A DNA stretch of 64,000 nucleotides from Thermanaerothrix sp. (GCA_026417795.1 JAOACP010000002.1:1331-65330); one strand, 5' to 3'; numbered from the stretch's first letter, positions 1-9,915 are shown. A program made the numbers and translations. The notes: a model not told the origin generated them from the letters alone.

Positions 1-792
1 GTTATAGGGGTCATGGGGTTCATGTTGGCGTTCCTTTGGAGTAACGGGCATCCGGCGCTCAGCTGGGAGTTCATCACCGAGAAGCCCCGATCGGGAATGA
101 CCGAAGGGGGTATAGCCACGCCCCTGGTGGGTACGATCCAGCTCATGGGGCTTTCTATGCTCATGGCCCTGCCGGTGGGGGTGGCCACCGCGGTGTACCT
201 CAACGAGTACTCCCCCAGGGGAGCTTTGGCCTCCGCGCTGAGGCTTGCGATACGGAGCCTGGCAGGGGTTCCGTCGGTGGTGTTCGGCCTCTTTGGGCTG
301 TCGTTCTTCTGCGTGTTCTTGAGGCTCGGCACCAACATGCTCACCGCCTCCATGACGCTGGCGTGCCTGGTGCTGCCGGTGGTGGTGAGCGCCGCGGAGA
401 CGGCGCTGATGAACGTGCCGAAGGACTACAGGGACGCGTCCTTCGCCATGGGGGCCACCAGGTGGCAGACCATATGGAAGGTGGTGCTTCCCTCCGCCAT
501 GCCCTCCATAATAACCGGCGCCATACTGGGGCTGGGGCGAGTGGCGGGGGAGCCCGCCCCCATAATCTTCACCGGGGCGGTGTTCTTCACGCCGGACTTC
601 GCAAAAAGCCCCTTTGAGTCCGTGATGGCCCTGCCGTACCACGTGTACGTGCTGGCCACCGCGGGGACCAACATAGACGCCACCAGGCCCATACAGTACG
701 GAACCGCCCTGGTGCTCATGGGAGTGGTGCTCCTCTTCTCCCTCACCGGCACCCTGTGGCGGAGTCGATTGAGGAGGAGGAACCAGGCATGA
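1..792 (+). CDS. pstA: Phosphate ABC transporter permease PstA (5' end upstream of window)
   Basis: Frame is open from nt 1 (listed ORF 13..792). Polytopic membrane protein with ABC-permease core ([18 protein letters not shown]). Followed by pstB-phoU. Stop overlaps pstB start (ATGA 789-792). Confidence 0.85.
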   Translation, partial: VIGVMGFMLAFLWSNGHPALSWEFITEKPRSGMTEGGIATPLVGTIQLMGLSMLMALPVGVATAVYLNEYSPRGALASALRLAIRSLAGVPSVVFGLFGLSFFCVFLRLGTNMLTASMTLACLVLPVVVSAAETALMNVPKDYRDASFAMGATRWQTIWKVVLPSAMPSIITGAILGLGRVAGEPAPIIFTGAVFFTPDFAKSPFESVMALPYHVYVLATAGTNIDATRPIQYGTALVLMGVVLLFSLTGTLWRSRLRRRNQA

Positions 793-1589
793 CCCAGGCA
801 CAGGGCGCTCAGGGGAACTTAGAGCACCGGGAGGACCCGAAGCTGGAGGCGTTGGGGCTCACCCTCTATTACGAAGAGGGGCGGGCCGCCATAAGGGACA
901 TAAACCTTAGGATACCCCCAAGGTCGGTGACGGCCCTCATCGGGCCGTCGGGCTGCGGGAAGAGCACCTTCTTAAGGTGCCTTAACCGGATGAACGACTT
1001 CATACCGGGGGTTAAGGTGGAGGGCAGGATCCTCCTGGACGGGGAGGACATATGCGCCCCCGGGGTGGACGTGATAGGACTTAGGCGAAGGGTGGGGATG
1101 GTGTTCCAGCGGCCCAACCCGTTCCCATTCTCCATATGGGAGAACGTCACCTACGGCCCAAAGCTGCACGGCGTGAGGGACCGCAGGAGGCTTGACGAGA
1201 TAGTGGAAAGGAGCCTTAAGGGCGCGGCGCTGTGGGACGAGGTGAAGGACAAGCTGGACTCCTCCGCCCTGGCGCTTTCAGGTGGCCAGCAGCAGCGGCT
1301 TTGCATAGCCCGGGCCATAGCGGTGGAGCCGGAGGTGCTTTTGATGGACGAGCCCACCTCCGCTTTAGATCCCCTTGGCACCGCCAAGATAGAGGAATTG
1401 GTGAGGGAGCTTAAGGAGAGGTACACTGTTGTGATAGTGACCCACAACATGCAGCAGGCCGCCCGGGTGTCCGACAGGACCGCTTTCTTCCTGATGGGGG
1501 AGCTGGTGGAGGAAGGTCCCACCAGGGAGATCTTCACATCCCCCAAAGATCCCAGGACCGAGGACTACATAACGGGCCGCTTCGGTTAG
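789..1589 (+). CDS. pstB: Phosphate ABC transporter ATP-binding protein PstB
   Basis: Walker [13 protein letters not shown] signature LSGGQQQRL, Walker [15 protein letters not shown] 789 overlaps the pstA stop; the listed ORF start 756 is probably an upstream extension. Confidence 0.95.
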   Translation: MTQAQGAQGNLEHREDPKLEALGLTLYYEEGRAAIRDINLRIPPRSVTALIGPSGCGKSTFLRCLNRMNDFIPGVKVEGRILLDGEDICAPGVDVIGLRRRVGMVFQRPNPFPFSIWENVTYGPKLHGVRDRRRLDEIVERSLKGAALWDEVKDKLDSSALALSGGQQQRLCIARAIAVEPEVLLMDEPTSALDPLGTAKIEELVRELKERYTVVIVTHNMQQAARVSDRTAFFLMGELVEEGPTREIFTSPKDPRTEDYITGRFG

Positions 1590-1601
1590 AAAGGGGGAAC
1601 G

Positions 1602-2300
1602 TTGGTGAACTCGATCAGCACGAGGAAGCACATGGACGACGAGCTGGAGATAATAAGGTCCGCCATAATGAAGCTTGGGGCCATGGCGGAGTCATCGGTG
1701 CGGGACGGCGTGAGGGCCCTGCGGCAGAGGGACCGGGACATGGCCCGGCGGGTCCTGGAGGAGGACGACAGGACCGACGAGCTGGCCTCATGGCTTGACG
1801 GTTCATGCCTTGAGTTCATAGCCCGCTACCAGCCCCTTGGGGCGGACCTTAGGACCATGTCCTGCGCGATCCACATGACCGTGGACCTGGAGAGGATAGC
1901 GGACCTTGGGGTGAGCGTGGCCAAGAGGGCCCTTGAGATGTCGGGGCAGGAGCCCATAAAGCCCCTCTTGGACATACCCAGGATGGGTGATCTGGTCTGT
2001 TCCATGGTGGACATGGCCATAAGGGCGTTCCTCAACCGGGACGATGAGCTGGCCAGGGAGCTCTGCGCCCTGGACGACCAGGTGGACGACCTGCAGCGCC
2101 AGGTGACCAGGGAGCTCTTGGCCATAATGCTGGAGAGGCCCTCCACCATATCCCAGGCCGCCTCCCTTGCGGAGGTGGCAAGGGTGCTTGAGAGGGCTGG
2201 GGACCACGCCACCAACCTGGGGGAGCACATCCTTTTCATGAGCACCGGCAAGCGCCTTAAGGCCTCCCTGTTCCGGCGTCCCATAGGAGGCGCATCATGA
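1602..2300 (+). CDS. phoU: Phosphate signalling/transport regulator PhoU
   Basis: 232 aa with two PhoU repeats (ERIADLGVSVAKRA ... ERAGDHATNLGEHI). Position after pstB. SD AAGGGGGA just upstream. Confidence 0.9.
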   Translation: MVNSISTRKHMDDELEIIRSAIMKLGAMAESSVRDGVRALRQRDRDMARRVLEEDDRTDELASWLDGSCLEFIARYQPLGADLRTMSCAIHMTVDLERIADLGVSVAKRALEMSGQEPIKPLLDIPRMGDLVCSMVDMAIRAFLNRDDELARELCALDDQVDDLQRQVTRELLAIMLERPSTISQAASLAEVARVLERAGDHATNLGEHILFMSTGKRLKASLFRRPIGGAS

Positions 2301-2986
2301 GCTGGCGGGTGCTGGTGGTGGAGGACGAGGAGAGCATAGCGGAGGTGCTCTCGGAGGCCCTGCGAAGGCAAGGGTACCGGGTCATGGTCGCCCGCGACGG
2401 GGATCAGGGGCTGGAGATGGCCCTGTCCGCCCTTCCGGACCTCATCGTACTGGACGTGATGCTGCCCAAGATGGACGGATGGGAGGTCTGCCGAAGGATA
2501 AGGGAGGACCGCAAGGGCCGCAAGATCCCCATAATAATGCTCACCGCCCGGCGGGACGAAAGGGACGCGGTGGCGGGCCTTGAGGCGGGGGCGGACGACT
2601 ACGTACGCAAGCCCTTCTCCATGCCGGAGCTGCTGGCCAGGGTGAGGTCCCGCCTCAAGAGACATTCCGGAGCCGAGGAGTCATCCCCCAAGGTGGCCGT
2701 CATGGGGGAGCTCGCCGTGGAGGAAGGGGGGGAGACCCTGGTGCGGGGCGAGCCACTGGACCTGTCCCCCACGGAGCAGCGGCTTCTGGAGGTGCTGATC
2801 AGGGGACAGGGGCGTCTTGTAACCAAGGATGAGATCCTGGCCAAGGTATGGGGACACCTTGGGGGGGACAGCAGGACCGTGGACGTCCACGTCTTCAGGC
2901 TGAGGAAGAAGCTGTCGGAGGCTCGGGCGGGGGTGGCGGTGCGCACCGTCCGGGGCCGGGGATACAGGATGACGGAGGGGTCTTAA
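2297..2986 (+). CDS. phoB: OmpR/PhoB-family response regulator
   Basis: Receiver domain (VLVVEDEESI, DLIVLDVMLPKMDG, MLTARRDE) plus winged-helix output (RTVDVHVFRLRKKL, GRGYRM). ATGA overlap with phoU. Symbol assigned from pst-phoU context. Confidence 0.8.
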   Translation: MSWRVLVVEDEESIAEVLSEALRRQGYRVMVARDGDQGLEMALSALPDLIVLDVMLPKMDGWEVCRRIREDRKGRKIPIIMLTARRDERDAVAGLEAGADDYVRKPFSMPELLARVRSRLKRHSGAEESSPKVAVMGELAVEEGGETLVRGEPLDLSPTEQRLLEVLIRGQGRLVTKDEILAKVWGHLGGDSRTVDVHVFRLRKKLSEARAGVAVRTVRGRGYRMTEGS

Positions 2987-2988
2987 GG

Positions 2989-4737
2989 ATGTTCAAGACC
3001 ATAAAGGGGCAGGCGGCGCTGCTGATGATCCTTCCCCTGGCGGCCTTTCTTGGGTTTTCGTGGCTTTTGGTGCTGGGGGACACCAGGGGGTACCTGGAGG
3101 AGGTGGTAAGACGCAACCTCTCGGACCTGACCGGGGCGGCGGAGGTGATGGTGGCAGCCTCCGGCGGAAACCTTGAGGCCCTGGACGGGCCGGTGAGGGC
3201 CTGGGCAAGGAACGCGTCGGTAAGGGTCACCCTGGTGGACCGCCACGGCGTGGTACTGCTTGACAGCGAGGTGCCGAAGGACAAGGTGCCCCGGATGGAA
3301 AACCACCTGTCCCGGCCGGAGATACGGGAGGCCTTTAAGTCCGGGGAGGGCTACGCGGTAAGGCGCAGCGACACCACGGGGGTGGAGTACCTTTACGACG
3401 CGAGGCGGGTGGAGGGGAAGGCGCCTTTGGTCATAAGGGTTTCCATGAGGAAGCACATGTTCGAGGGGGCCCTGTCGTCCCTTAGAAGGCGCCTTTGGCT
3501 GTCCTTCGCCGCCGCCTTCGGCCTTGCGGAGATAGTGGGCGTATGGTGGATGAAGCGCCTTACCGACCCCATACTGGCCATAACCCGAGGGGCCGACGGG
3601 GCGGAGGCGGGAGAAGAGCCCCACTTCCCAGCCCAGGGACCGGCGGAGATAAAGAGGCTGGCCTTGAGCCTCAAGCGGATGTACCGGCGGCTCAACAGGG
3701 CCATGGAGGACTTGAGAAGAGAGAGAGAGAACCTAAAGGGGCTGGTGGAGACCATGCCGGTGGGGGTCCTGCTTCTTGGGCCGGACCGGAGGGTCATATA
3801 TTGCAACTCCTCCATGGCGGGGCTGGTCAGGACATTGAGCTCTCAGGGGCTCCCCATGGAGGGGGTGATAAGGCATCCGGAGGTGATAGGGCTTGGGGAG
3901 GCGCTCCTCCAGGGGGCCCGGTCGGTGGAGTCCACCGTTGCGGTGCAGGATGGCTCCGCGGAGAGGTCTTACCTCGTAAGGGGCGCTTCGGCGGGGGACA
4001 TGGCGGTGCTCACCGCCCAGGACATAAGCGAGAGGGTGAAGCTGGAGGAGGCATTGAGGAACTTCGTGGCCAACGTGGGCCACGAGTTTCAAACGCCTCT
4101 TACCGCCATAAGGGGGGCGGCGGAGCTCCTCATGCAGGGAGCCTCGGAGGAGGACCGACGGTTCGTTCGAAGGATCCTGGAGCAGCAGGAGCGCTTAAGC
4201 GACATGGTGGACCGTCTGCTGGTGCTTGCAAGGTGCGAAGGTGGGGCGGCGGGCCCCTGGGAGGACCTGGACCTTACGGCCATGGCGAGGGAGGCGGTGG
4301 AACAGGTGTCCTTGATGCCCGAGGCGTCGTCGGTGGAAATCCACCTGGAGCTTCCGCCTTCCGCGCCTATCCGGTGCGGCAGGGAGGTGTTCACGGCGCT
4401 TAAGAACCTGGTTGAGAACGCGGTGAAGTACACCTCCCATAAGTTCCAGGGCCGGGAAGGGGGGGCCGTGACGCTGCGGCTTAAAGACATGGGGGACCGT
4501 TGGGGTCTGATGGTGGAGGACAACGGGTCCGGGATACCCCAGGGCATGGAGGAGGAGGTCTTCCAGCGATTTAGGCGTGGGGACTTTCACAGGGCGAGGC
4601 CCTCCCAGGGGGGCTACGGCCTTGGGCTGGCCATAGCCAGGGGAATCTTAAGGGCCCATGGGGGAGACGTGAGGCTTGAAGGGTCCCGGCCGGGGGAGGG
4701 TTCAATTTTTCTGGTGGAGATCCCTAAAAGTAAATAA
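2989..4737 (+). CDS. phoR: PhoR-like sensor histidine kinase (two TM segments flanking a periplasmic domain)
   Basis: H-box HEFQTPLTAIRG, N-box NLVENAVKYT, G-boxes DNGSGIP and GYGLGLAI. ATG at 2989 (MFKTIKGQ...) lies 3 nt after the regulator stop; ORF start 2848 is an overlap artefact. Confidence 0.85.
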   Translation: MFKTIKGQAALLMILPLAAFLGFSWLLVLGDTRGYLEEVVRRNLSDLTGAAEVMVAASGGNLEALDGPVRAWARNASVRVTLVDRHGVVLLDSEVPKDKVPRMENHLSRPEIREAFKSGEGYAVRRSDTTGVEYLYDARRVEGKAPLVIRVSMRKHMFEGALSSLRRRLWLSFAAAFGLAEIVGVWWMKRLTDPILAITRGADGAEAGEEPHFPAQGPAEIKRLALSLKRMYRRLNRAMEDLRRERENLKGLVETMPVGVLLLGPDRRVIYCNSSMAGLVRTLSSQGLPMEGVIRHPEVIGLGEALLQGARSVESTVAVQDGSAERSYLVRGASAGDMAVLTAQDISERVKLEEALRNFVANVGHEFQTPLTAIRGAAELLMQGASEEDRRFVRRILEQQERLSDMVDRLLVLARCEGGAAGPWEDLDLTAMAREAVEQVSLMPEASSVEIHLELPPSAPIRCGREVFTALKNLVENAVKYTSHKFQGREGGAVTLRLKDMGDRWGLMVEDNGSGIPQGMEEEVFQRFRRGDFHRARPSQGGYGLGLAIARGILRAHGGDVRLEGSRPGEGSIFLVEIPKSK

Positions 4738-4770
4738 AATTTTCGTTAAAACCACAGATCACCCCAAGAA

Positions 4771-4822
4771 GCCACAGCCAGTTGTTTTGTTTACTAAAAG
4801 TTGGCTGTGGCATTATTTTTTG
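4771..4822 (+). terminator. Rho-independent terminator after phoR
   Basis: GCCACAGCCA (4771-4780) pairs with TGGCTGTGGC (4802-4811), followed by a TTATTTTTT run. Confidence 0.7.
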
Positions 4823-4862
4823 GTTAAGGTCAGGGGTGTTTTTTAATTTTATAGAACAAAGC

Positions 4863-4890
4863 TTGCCCCACCAATCGGTTTGGTTATAAT
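4863..4890 (+). promoter_or_regulatory. Sigma-70-like promoter for the transglycosylase gene
   Basis: TTGCCC (4863-4868), 16 nt spacer, TATAAT (4885-4890). SD AAAGGAGG upstream of ATG 4965. Confidence 0.45.
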
Positions 4891-4964
4891 ACCCCCATCC
4901 TGCGGGGAGGCGAGAAATGGGCTGAAAATATAGACTAATCAAAAATAAAGGAGGACTATCCCTG

Positions 4965-5807
4965 ATGAAACTAGGACGAACTTGGCAGGCGGCGGGGCTC
5001 TTTTGCATGGCCCTGATCGCCGCAGTGATCGCCTTAGCTCCGCCGGGGTTCGCGGAGGACCTTCTAGGCAGCCAAAAACCCGGCTTCGTGGTATCCGAAG
5101 CGGGGAAGAACGGGTCCCTAAAGACATCTTCGAACGCCAACGAACAGGAAGACTCAATCCCATTAAATGACAACCCCGCCCCCGAGGCTCACAACGCCGA
5201 ACAGGGGGCCCCAATGGTAACCCTGGAGGCAGCGCCCGCCTCCTACCACCAATCCATCACAGAAACCCTTCGACTCATGGGGTTAACCACAAGGGACCTG
5301 GCGCTTTGGGGAACCAAACACCCCACGTCAATACTCAACAGGCTGAAGGACTTCTCAATCGAGGACCAGAGGACCGTCGCCGCGGTGGTGCGATACATCC
5401 GGGGGACTAACCCCAGCGTGTCCCACAAGACCGCGTGGCGCACCGCCGCCGCCTTGGTGTACTACAGCGCCAAGTACGGCATACCGGTGCACCTGTCCGC
5501 CGCGGTGGCCCACACAGAAAGCCACTTCAACCCAAGGGCCCAAAGCCCCAAGGGGGCCATGGGAATAATGCAGGTCATGTGGCGGGTGCACAACGGCCTT
5601 CTGCAGGCCCACGGGATCGAGTCCAAGACGGACATGATGGACCCCGAAAAGGGCGTGGCGGCGGGATGCCTCCTGCTCTCCCGGTACGTGAAGGCCTACG
5701 GCTCCGTACCAAAGGCCCTGGCCCGATACTACGGGGGCTCCTCGGTGGCCTACTTCAGAAAGGTCAACACCAAGATGGCCCACATCAAGACCTCCATGGC
5801 TCAGTAA
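4965..5807 (+). CDS. Secreted lytic transglycosylase (SLT domain)
   Basis: N-terminal signal-like segment (LFCMALIAAVIALAPPGFA). SLT catalytic region AVAHTESHFNPRAQSPKGAMGIMQVM. Confidence 0.85.
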   Translation: MKLGRTWQAAGLFCMALIAAVIALAPPGFAEDLLGSQKPGFVVSEAGKNGSLKTSSNANEQEDSIPLNDNPAPEAHNAEQGAPMVTLEAAPASYHQSITETLRLMGLTTRDLALWGTKHPTSILNRLKDFSIEDQRTVAAVVRYIRGTNPSVSHKTAWRTAAALVYYSAKYGIPVHLSAAVAHTESHFNPRAQSPKGAMGIMQVMWRVHNGLLQAHGIESKTDMMDPEKGVAAGCLLLSRYVKAYGSVPKALARYYGGSSVAYFRKVNTKMAHIKTSMAQ

Positions 5808-5823
5808 AACCCAACACATAGGC

Positions 5824-5854
5824 AAAAGGCCGCCGGACTCCCGGCGGCCTTTTG
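5824..5854. terminator. Bidirectional hairpin terminator between convergent genes
   Basis: GGCCGCCGG (5828-5836) / CCGGCGGCC (5841-5849), flanked by AAAA on the 5' side and TTTT on the 3' side. Confidence 0.75.
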
Positions 5855-5877
5855 CGCGTCTTAACCCTAAAACCCCC

Positions 5878-6345
5878 TCACTGGGGGTCCAAAAGCCCCG
5901 CGTCCAGAAGGCGGTTCACGTGATACTGCAGGTACAAGGCCCCAAACACCAAGGTCATAAACCACGACCGGGCCACCGAGTCCGCCGCCAACGGGCTGGA
6001 CTCCCGGACCTTCACGTACTCCCTCAGGTTGTCCCGATACCTAAAACAGGCCACTATCATCATCACCGCCCCCACCAGGGACGCAAGACCCCCCGCCATG
6101 CCCCCCCACACAGGGCTTATGGCGCTCTTGAAGGAAAAGCCCAAGGACACGAAGCCAAGTATCAACGGGACCGTGCCCAGCACGTCCCCCACGTGGGCGC
6201 TCCCCATGGAGTTGAAAGCCTGCCGCCTGGAGTACACCCAGTAGGCGGGATATATCCCCACGGTGACGAAGGACAACAGTATCATCACAAGAAGCGACAC
6301 CCGCTTGACCCTAGGATTAATCACCACAGTCTCCAACCTCAACAC
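5878..6345 (-). CDS. Small integral membrane protein, DUF4234-like, function unknown
   Basis: About 4 hydrophobic segments; GIYPAYWVY motif reminiscent of DUF4234. Start uncertain (GTG at 6345, 6327 or 6324). Overlaps the stop of the upstream kinase gene. Confidence 0.6.
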   Translation of the reverse strand: MLRLETVVINPRVKRVSLLVMILLSFVTVGIYPAYWVYSRRQAFNSMGSAHVGDVLGTVPLILGFVSLGFSFKSAISPVWGGMAGGLASLVGAVMMIVACFRYRDNLREYVKVRESSPLAADSVARSWFMTLVFGALYLQYHVNRLLDAGLLDPQ

Positions 6346-7177
6346 CTCCGCCGCAAGCCTTAACGGTCCTTACCTCCCCAAGATCCCACCGCCTAGCCAG
6401 AAACTCCCTGCAAGCCTCCGCCCCCTCTAGGTCCTTGAATATCACCCCGCTGGCGGTGCCCGAGTGGGCCACCGCTATGCCTATGCCTCCGCACTCCCGG
6501 CAGGCCCCAAGGAGCAAGGGCCACTCCTCCCGAGGCATTATGGCCTGCTGGATTATGGCGGACATGGTGGCCGCCGCCGCCACCTTCCGGCAGTTACCCT
6601 CCAGAAGCCCACGCTTCAACACCTGATAGGCCTTGGCGTGCCTCTGGGACCGCTCCTTCACCGCCTTCATTAGCCCCCGGTCCTTACGGTACGCCTCGGT
6701 ATCCAAGGTCCTGTAGGGAAGCATGGCCGCCAGCCACATGTCCGGCGGCTCCGGCAGCCGCTCCACAAGCCTTCCCCTTATGTGGTCCACCAGCGCAAGG
6801 CCCCTGAACATGGTGCCGTCCGAGGGCTCCACGGAACAGCAAAGACGGAAGAGCTCCTCCTCGGACAGCTCAACGCCGCCAACCGCGGCGCAGGAGGCCA
6901 ACACCCCCCCCACGTCCATGGTGGAGGTTCCAAGCCCCAAAGCGGGCCTCAAGGGGTTCTCCACCTCCACCGAAACCGCCGAAAGCCCAAAGGAGTGCCG
7001 GGCCAGCTGGAGGGCCCTGTGGGCCTTCGGCGGAAGCGCCTTGGGACGCCCCCCTTCCTCCGCTATCACCCGACCCCGCCACTCCACCGCAAGGCTGACC
7101 AAGGCCTCCCCGTCGGGCAGTATCCAGCCCTGGATCCACTCCCCCACCGTTCCGTTCAAAGACGCAAAGGCCTTCAC
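6317..7177 (-). CDS. pduX: GHMP-family kinase resembling PduX L-threonine kinase (cobalamin aminopropanol-linker synthesis)
   Basis: Motifs matching my recollection of Salmonella PduX: GEWIQGWI, LVSLAVEW, GLGTSTMDVGG (GHMP motif II-like), EPSDGTMF, LVDH, AATMSAIIQQ, VAHSGTASGV. Confidence 0.65.
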   Translation of the reverse strand: MKAFASLNGTVGEWIQGWILPDGEALVSLAVEWRGRVIAEEGGRPKALPPKAHRALQLARHSFGLSAVSVEVENPLRPALGLGTSTMDVGGVLASCAAVGGVELSEEELFRLCCSVEPSDGTMFRGLALVDHIRGRLVERLPEPPDMWLAAMLPYRTLDTEAYRKDRGLMKAVKERSQRHAKAYQVLKRGLLEGNCRKVAAAATMSAIIQQAIMPREEWPLLLGACRECGGIGIAVAHSGTASGVIFKDLEGAEACREFLARRWDLGEVRTVKACGGGVEVGDCGD

Positions 7178-7968
7178 CGCCGAAACACCCCCATCACGGG
7201 CCCGTGGTCCGAGGGCCTCTCCATGGCCCGATACTCCCGGAGCACCGCCGCGTCCAAGGACCTCTCCGCCATCCCCTCCGTCCCCAGGATGTGGTCTATC
7301 CTCCAGCCTATGTTCCTCTCCAGGGCCCCCTTCACCCGGTAGTCCCAGAAGGAGAACTCCCCCTCCCCGGGCCGATGCCGCCGGAACAGGTCCACCATGC
7401 CGGCGGAGAGGAGCTCCTCAAAGGCCCGCCTCACGTCCTGGTGGAAGCACACGTGGTTAACCTTGTTCTCCGGATGGGTCACGTCCAAAGGGGTGGGCGC
7501 CACGTTGAGGTCCCCCACCAGAAGCACCTCCCCGCCCGCCGCCTTGAGATCCCCCACAAGCCCCAGAAGGCGCCGGAAGAACCGGAGCTTGTACCCGTAG
7601 TCCGGGTGCTCGATGTCCTTCCCCTGGGGCACGTAACAGTTCACCACCCACACTCCCCCAGCCTTCACCGCCGCGAGCCTGGCCTCATCGGTCCCCTCCC
7701 CTCCCTTGGGGAAGCCGAAGAAGCTCTCCTCCGGGAGATCCAGCTCATCCAGGACCGCCAACGCCACCCCGTTGTAGGACTTCATGCCCCGGTAAAAGAC
7801 CCGATAACCCCTGGACCGGAAGAGCTCCTCCGGGAAGTCCCGGTCCTGCACCTTGGTCTCCTGAAGGCAAAGCACCTGGGGCCTCTCCCTCTCCATGAGA
7901 AGGGACACCGCCTCGGACCTGGCCTTGAGCGAATTGACATTGAACGTTATCACCTTGAAAATGGACAA
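7174..7968 (-). CDS. xthA: Exodeoxyribonuclease III
   Basis: FNVNSLKAR, VLCLQETK, GDLNVAP, RIDHIL, SDHGPV: the EEP nuclease signature set. Confidence 0.92.
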   Translation of the reverse strand: MSIFKVITFNVNSLKARSEAVSLLMERERPQVLCLQETKVQDRDFPEELFRSRGYRVFYRGMKSYNGVALAVLDELDLPEESFFGFPKGGEGTDEARLAAVKAGGVWVVNCYVPQGKDIEHPDYGYKLRFFRRLLGLVGDLKAAGGEVLLVGDLNVAPTPLDVTHPENKVNHVCFHQDVRRAFEELLSAGMVDLFRRHRPGEGEFSFWDYRVKGALERNIGWRIDHILGTEGMAERSLDAAVLREYRAMERPSDHGPVMGVFRR

Positions 7969-8047
7969 TCATATCCCCCCAGCCAGGAAGCTACCGCCAC
8001 ACCATACTATTTTATTTTCCAGGGGAAAGCAAAGGGGAGGACGCCCA

Positions 8048-9061
8048 ATGGACCACCGATGCACCGGGAAACGGCGGATAGCGGTCATAGGACTCACCCT
8101 GCTGCTCCTCATAGGGGCCGGCATGGCGGTGATGCACTTCAACATGGGGCTCTCCTGGGTGGACGCGGCGTTCTACACCGTGACCACCCTTGCCACCGTG
8201 GGCTTCGAGGCACCGCCGGGGCTAACTCCCGGGAGCAAGGTCTTCCTGGTGTTCCTCATAGTCATAGGCTTCGGCGTCATGGCCTATTCCATAGGCGAGA
8301 TAACCCGGTTCTTCATAGAGGATCAGATGCTCACCCTTCTAGGCAGGAGGCGGAACAAGATGCTCAACAGCGTTAAGGACCACTGGATCATCTGCGGGCT
8401 TGGACGGGTGGGAAGCCAGGTGGCCTCCCAGTTCCACGAGGAAGGGATCCCCTTCGTGGCCCTGGAGCGGGATGAACAGGCGGTGATGGACGCGGTGGAG
8501 GGCGGATGGCTGGTGCTCAACCGCAACGCCACGGAGGAACGGGCCCTGGAGGAGGCGGGCATAACCAGGGCCAAGGGGCTCATCGCAACGCTCAGCAGCG
8601 ACCCGGACAACGTGTACGTGGTGCTCTGCGCCCGGGCCCTCAACAAGAACTTGAGGATAATAGCCCGGGCCAACGACAACCAGTCCTCCGCGGCCCTCTA
8701 CAGGGCCGGGGCGGACAAGGTCATAAACCCCCTGGTGGCGGGGGCCCACACCATGGCCAACGTGGCCACCAGACCCAAGGCGGCGGAGGCCATGCAGGAC
8801 CTCATATACACCACAAGACGCCTGAACCTGGAGTTCGACAAGGTGGTCATAGCGGACGACAGCCCCGTGGCGGGCATGACCTTAGCCCAGGCGGACCTGC
8901 GCCGATCCCTCGACGTGCTGGTGCTGGCGGTTCGGAAGGGCACCGCCATCCGCTACAACCCCCCGGGGGACTACATACTGGACGGCGGTGACGAACTCCT
9001 GGTGCTTTGCCTCAAGGACCACGTGCGGGACCTGCGGCGCCTTCTCACCGGCCAGGTCTAG
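8048..9061 (+). CDS. 2-TM potassium-channel-like protein with cytoplasmic RCK (TrkA-N/TrkA-C) domains
   Basis: TM1, pore helix and filter YTVTTLATVGFE, then TM2. Rossmann motif IICGLGRVG, C-terminal TrkA-C-like segment. ATG 8048 preceded by AAAGGGGAGG; ORF start 7895 overlaps xthA. Confidence 0.8.
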   Translation: MDHRCTGKRRIAVIGLTLLLLIGAGMAVMHFNMGLSWVDAAFYTVTTLATVGFEAPPGLTPGSKVFLVFLIVIGFGVMAYSIGEITRFFIEDQMLTLLGRRRNKMLNSVKDHWIICGLGRVGSQVASQFHEEGIPFVALERDEQAVMDAVEGGWLVLNRNATEERALEEAGITRAKGLIATLSSDPDNVYVVLCARALNKNLRIIARANDNQSSAALYRAGADKVINPLVAGAHTMANVATRPKAAEAMQDLIYTTRRLNLEFDKVVIADDSPVAGMTLAQADLRRSLDVLVLAVRKGTAIRYNPPGDYILDGGDELLVLCLKDHVRDLRRLLTGQV

Positions 9062-9063
9062 GC

Positions 9064-9912
9064 TCAAAGGTAAAAAACCCCCCGAGCCGCCACCTCGGCG
9101 GGGCCCTTCAAAACGTAACGGGCCCCATGAAGTTCCATTTCCGCCTCCACCATGTTAAACCCTCCGGGGCTCTCTATCCTTACAGATCCCCGGAACCCCG
9201 AGCGCAAAATCGCCGCGGCGCACCCGCAGGCCCCGGTGCCGCATGACATGGTGAAGTCCTCCACCCCCCGCTCATAGGTGCGGGCGAAGAACCCATCCCC
9301 CACGCCCGAACCTCCAAGGGGCATAAGGAAGTTGACGTTGGCCCCCTTGGGGAACCTCGGGTCGTGCCGGTAGCGCCTGCCAAGGGCCCTAAGCTCCTCC
9401 TCCGGCAGGTCCCAGCTGGGGGCGAAGAGCACCACGTGGGGCACCCCCACGTGCAGGTAGGACATCACCACCCCCTTGGGAAGCCCATCCCCAACCTCGG
9501 GCACCCCGAAGAAGGCCCCCTCCCCAAAGGGCCAGAACCCCATCTCCAACGACACCGTCTCACCCTCAACCTCCGCCTCCACCACCTTAGCGCCGGAGAG
9601 GAACCGCATCTTCGGGTCCTCCAACCCCAGCCTCTCCAGCATCATGGCGAAACACCTAGCCCCGTTGCCGCACATGTCCGCCTCGGTGCCGTCGGAGTTG
9701 AATATCCTCATCCGGAACTGCACGTCCCCATCCCCGTCCTGCAGAAGAAGCACCCCGTCGGCGCCTATGCCCTTCCGCCGGTGGCACATCTTAACCGCAA
9801 GGTCCGCTGGATCCACCCTGGAGCTCAAACGCCCCCCAAGGTCGTCCACGAAGACGAAGTCGTTGCCGTTGCCGTGAACCTTGAAGAACTCCACGAACCT
9901 CAAGCCCTCCAC
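9064..9912 (-). CDS. dapF: Diaminopimelate epimerase
   Basis: KVHGNGNDFVFVDD; two catalytic Cys contexts (MCGNGARC, MSCGTGACG). Confidence 0.92.
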   Translation of the reverse strand: MEGLRFVEFFKVHGNGNDFVFVDDLGGRLSSRVDPADLAVKMCHRRKGIGADGVLLLQDGDGDVQFRMRIFNSDGTEADMCGNGARCFAMMLERLGLEDPKMRFLSGAKVVEAEVEGETVSLEMGFWPFGEGAFFGVPEVGDGLPKGVVMSYLHVGVPHVVLFAPSWDLPEEELRALGRRYRHDPRFPKGANVNFLMPLGGSGVGDGFFARTYERGVEDFTMSCGTGACGCAAAILRSGFRGSVRIESPGGFNMVEAEMELHGARYVLKGPAEVAARGVFYL

Positions 9913-9915
9913 CGC

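Noticed and set aside
2848-2988. N-terminal extensions of listed ORFs (phoR from 2848; also 7895-8047, 32497-32667, 41976-42170, 50673-50798, 56544-56699, 756-788)
   Set aside because: The extensions overlap the preceding gene in another frame and are G/R/P-rich. Downstream ATG/GTG starts have SD sequences or ATGA-type coupling and match family N-termini.
7204-8376. 390-aa ORF antisense to xthA and overlapping the K+ channel start
   Set aside because: P/H/R/G-rich with no recognisable domain. The opposite-strand and same-region genes have strong signatures.
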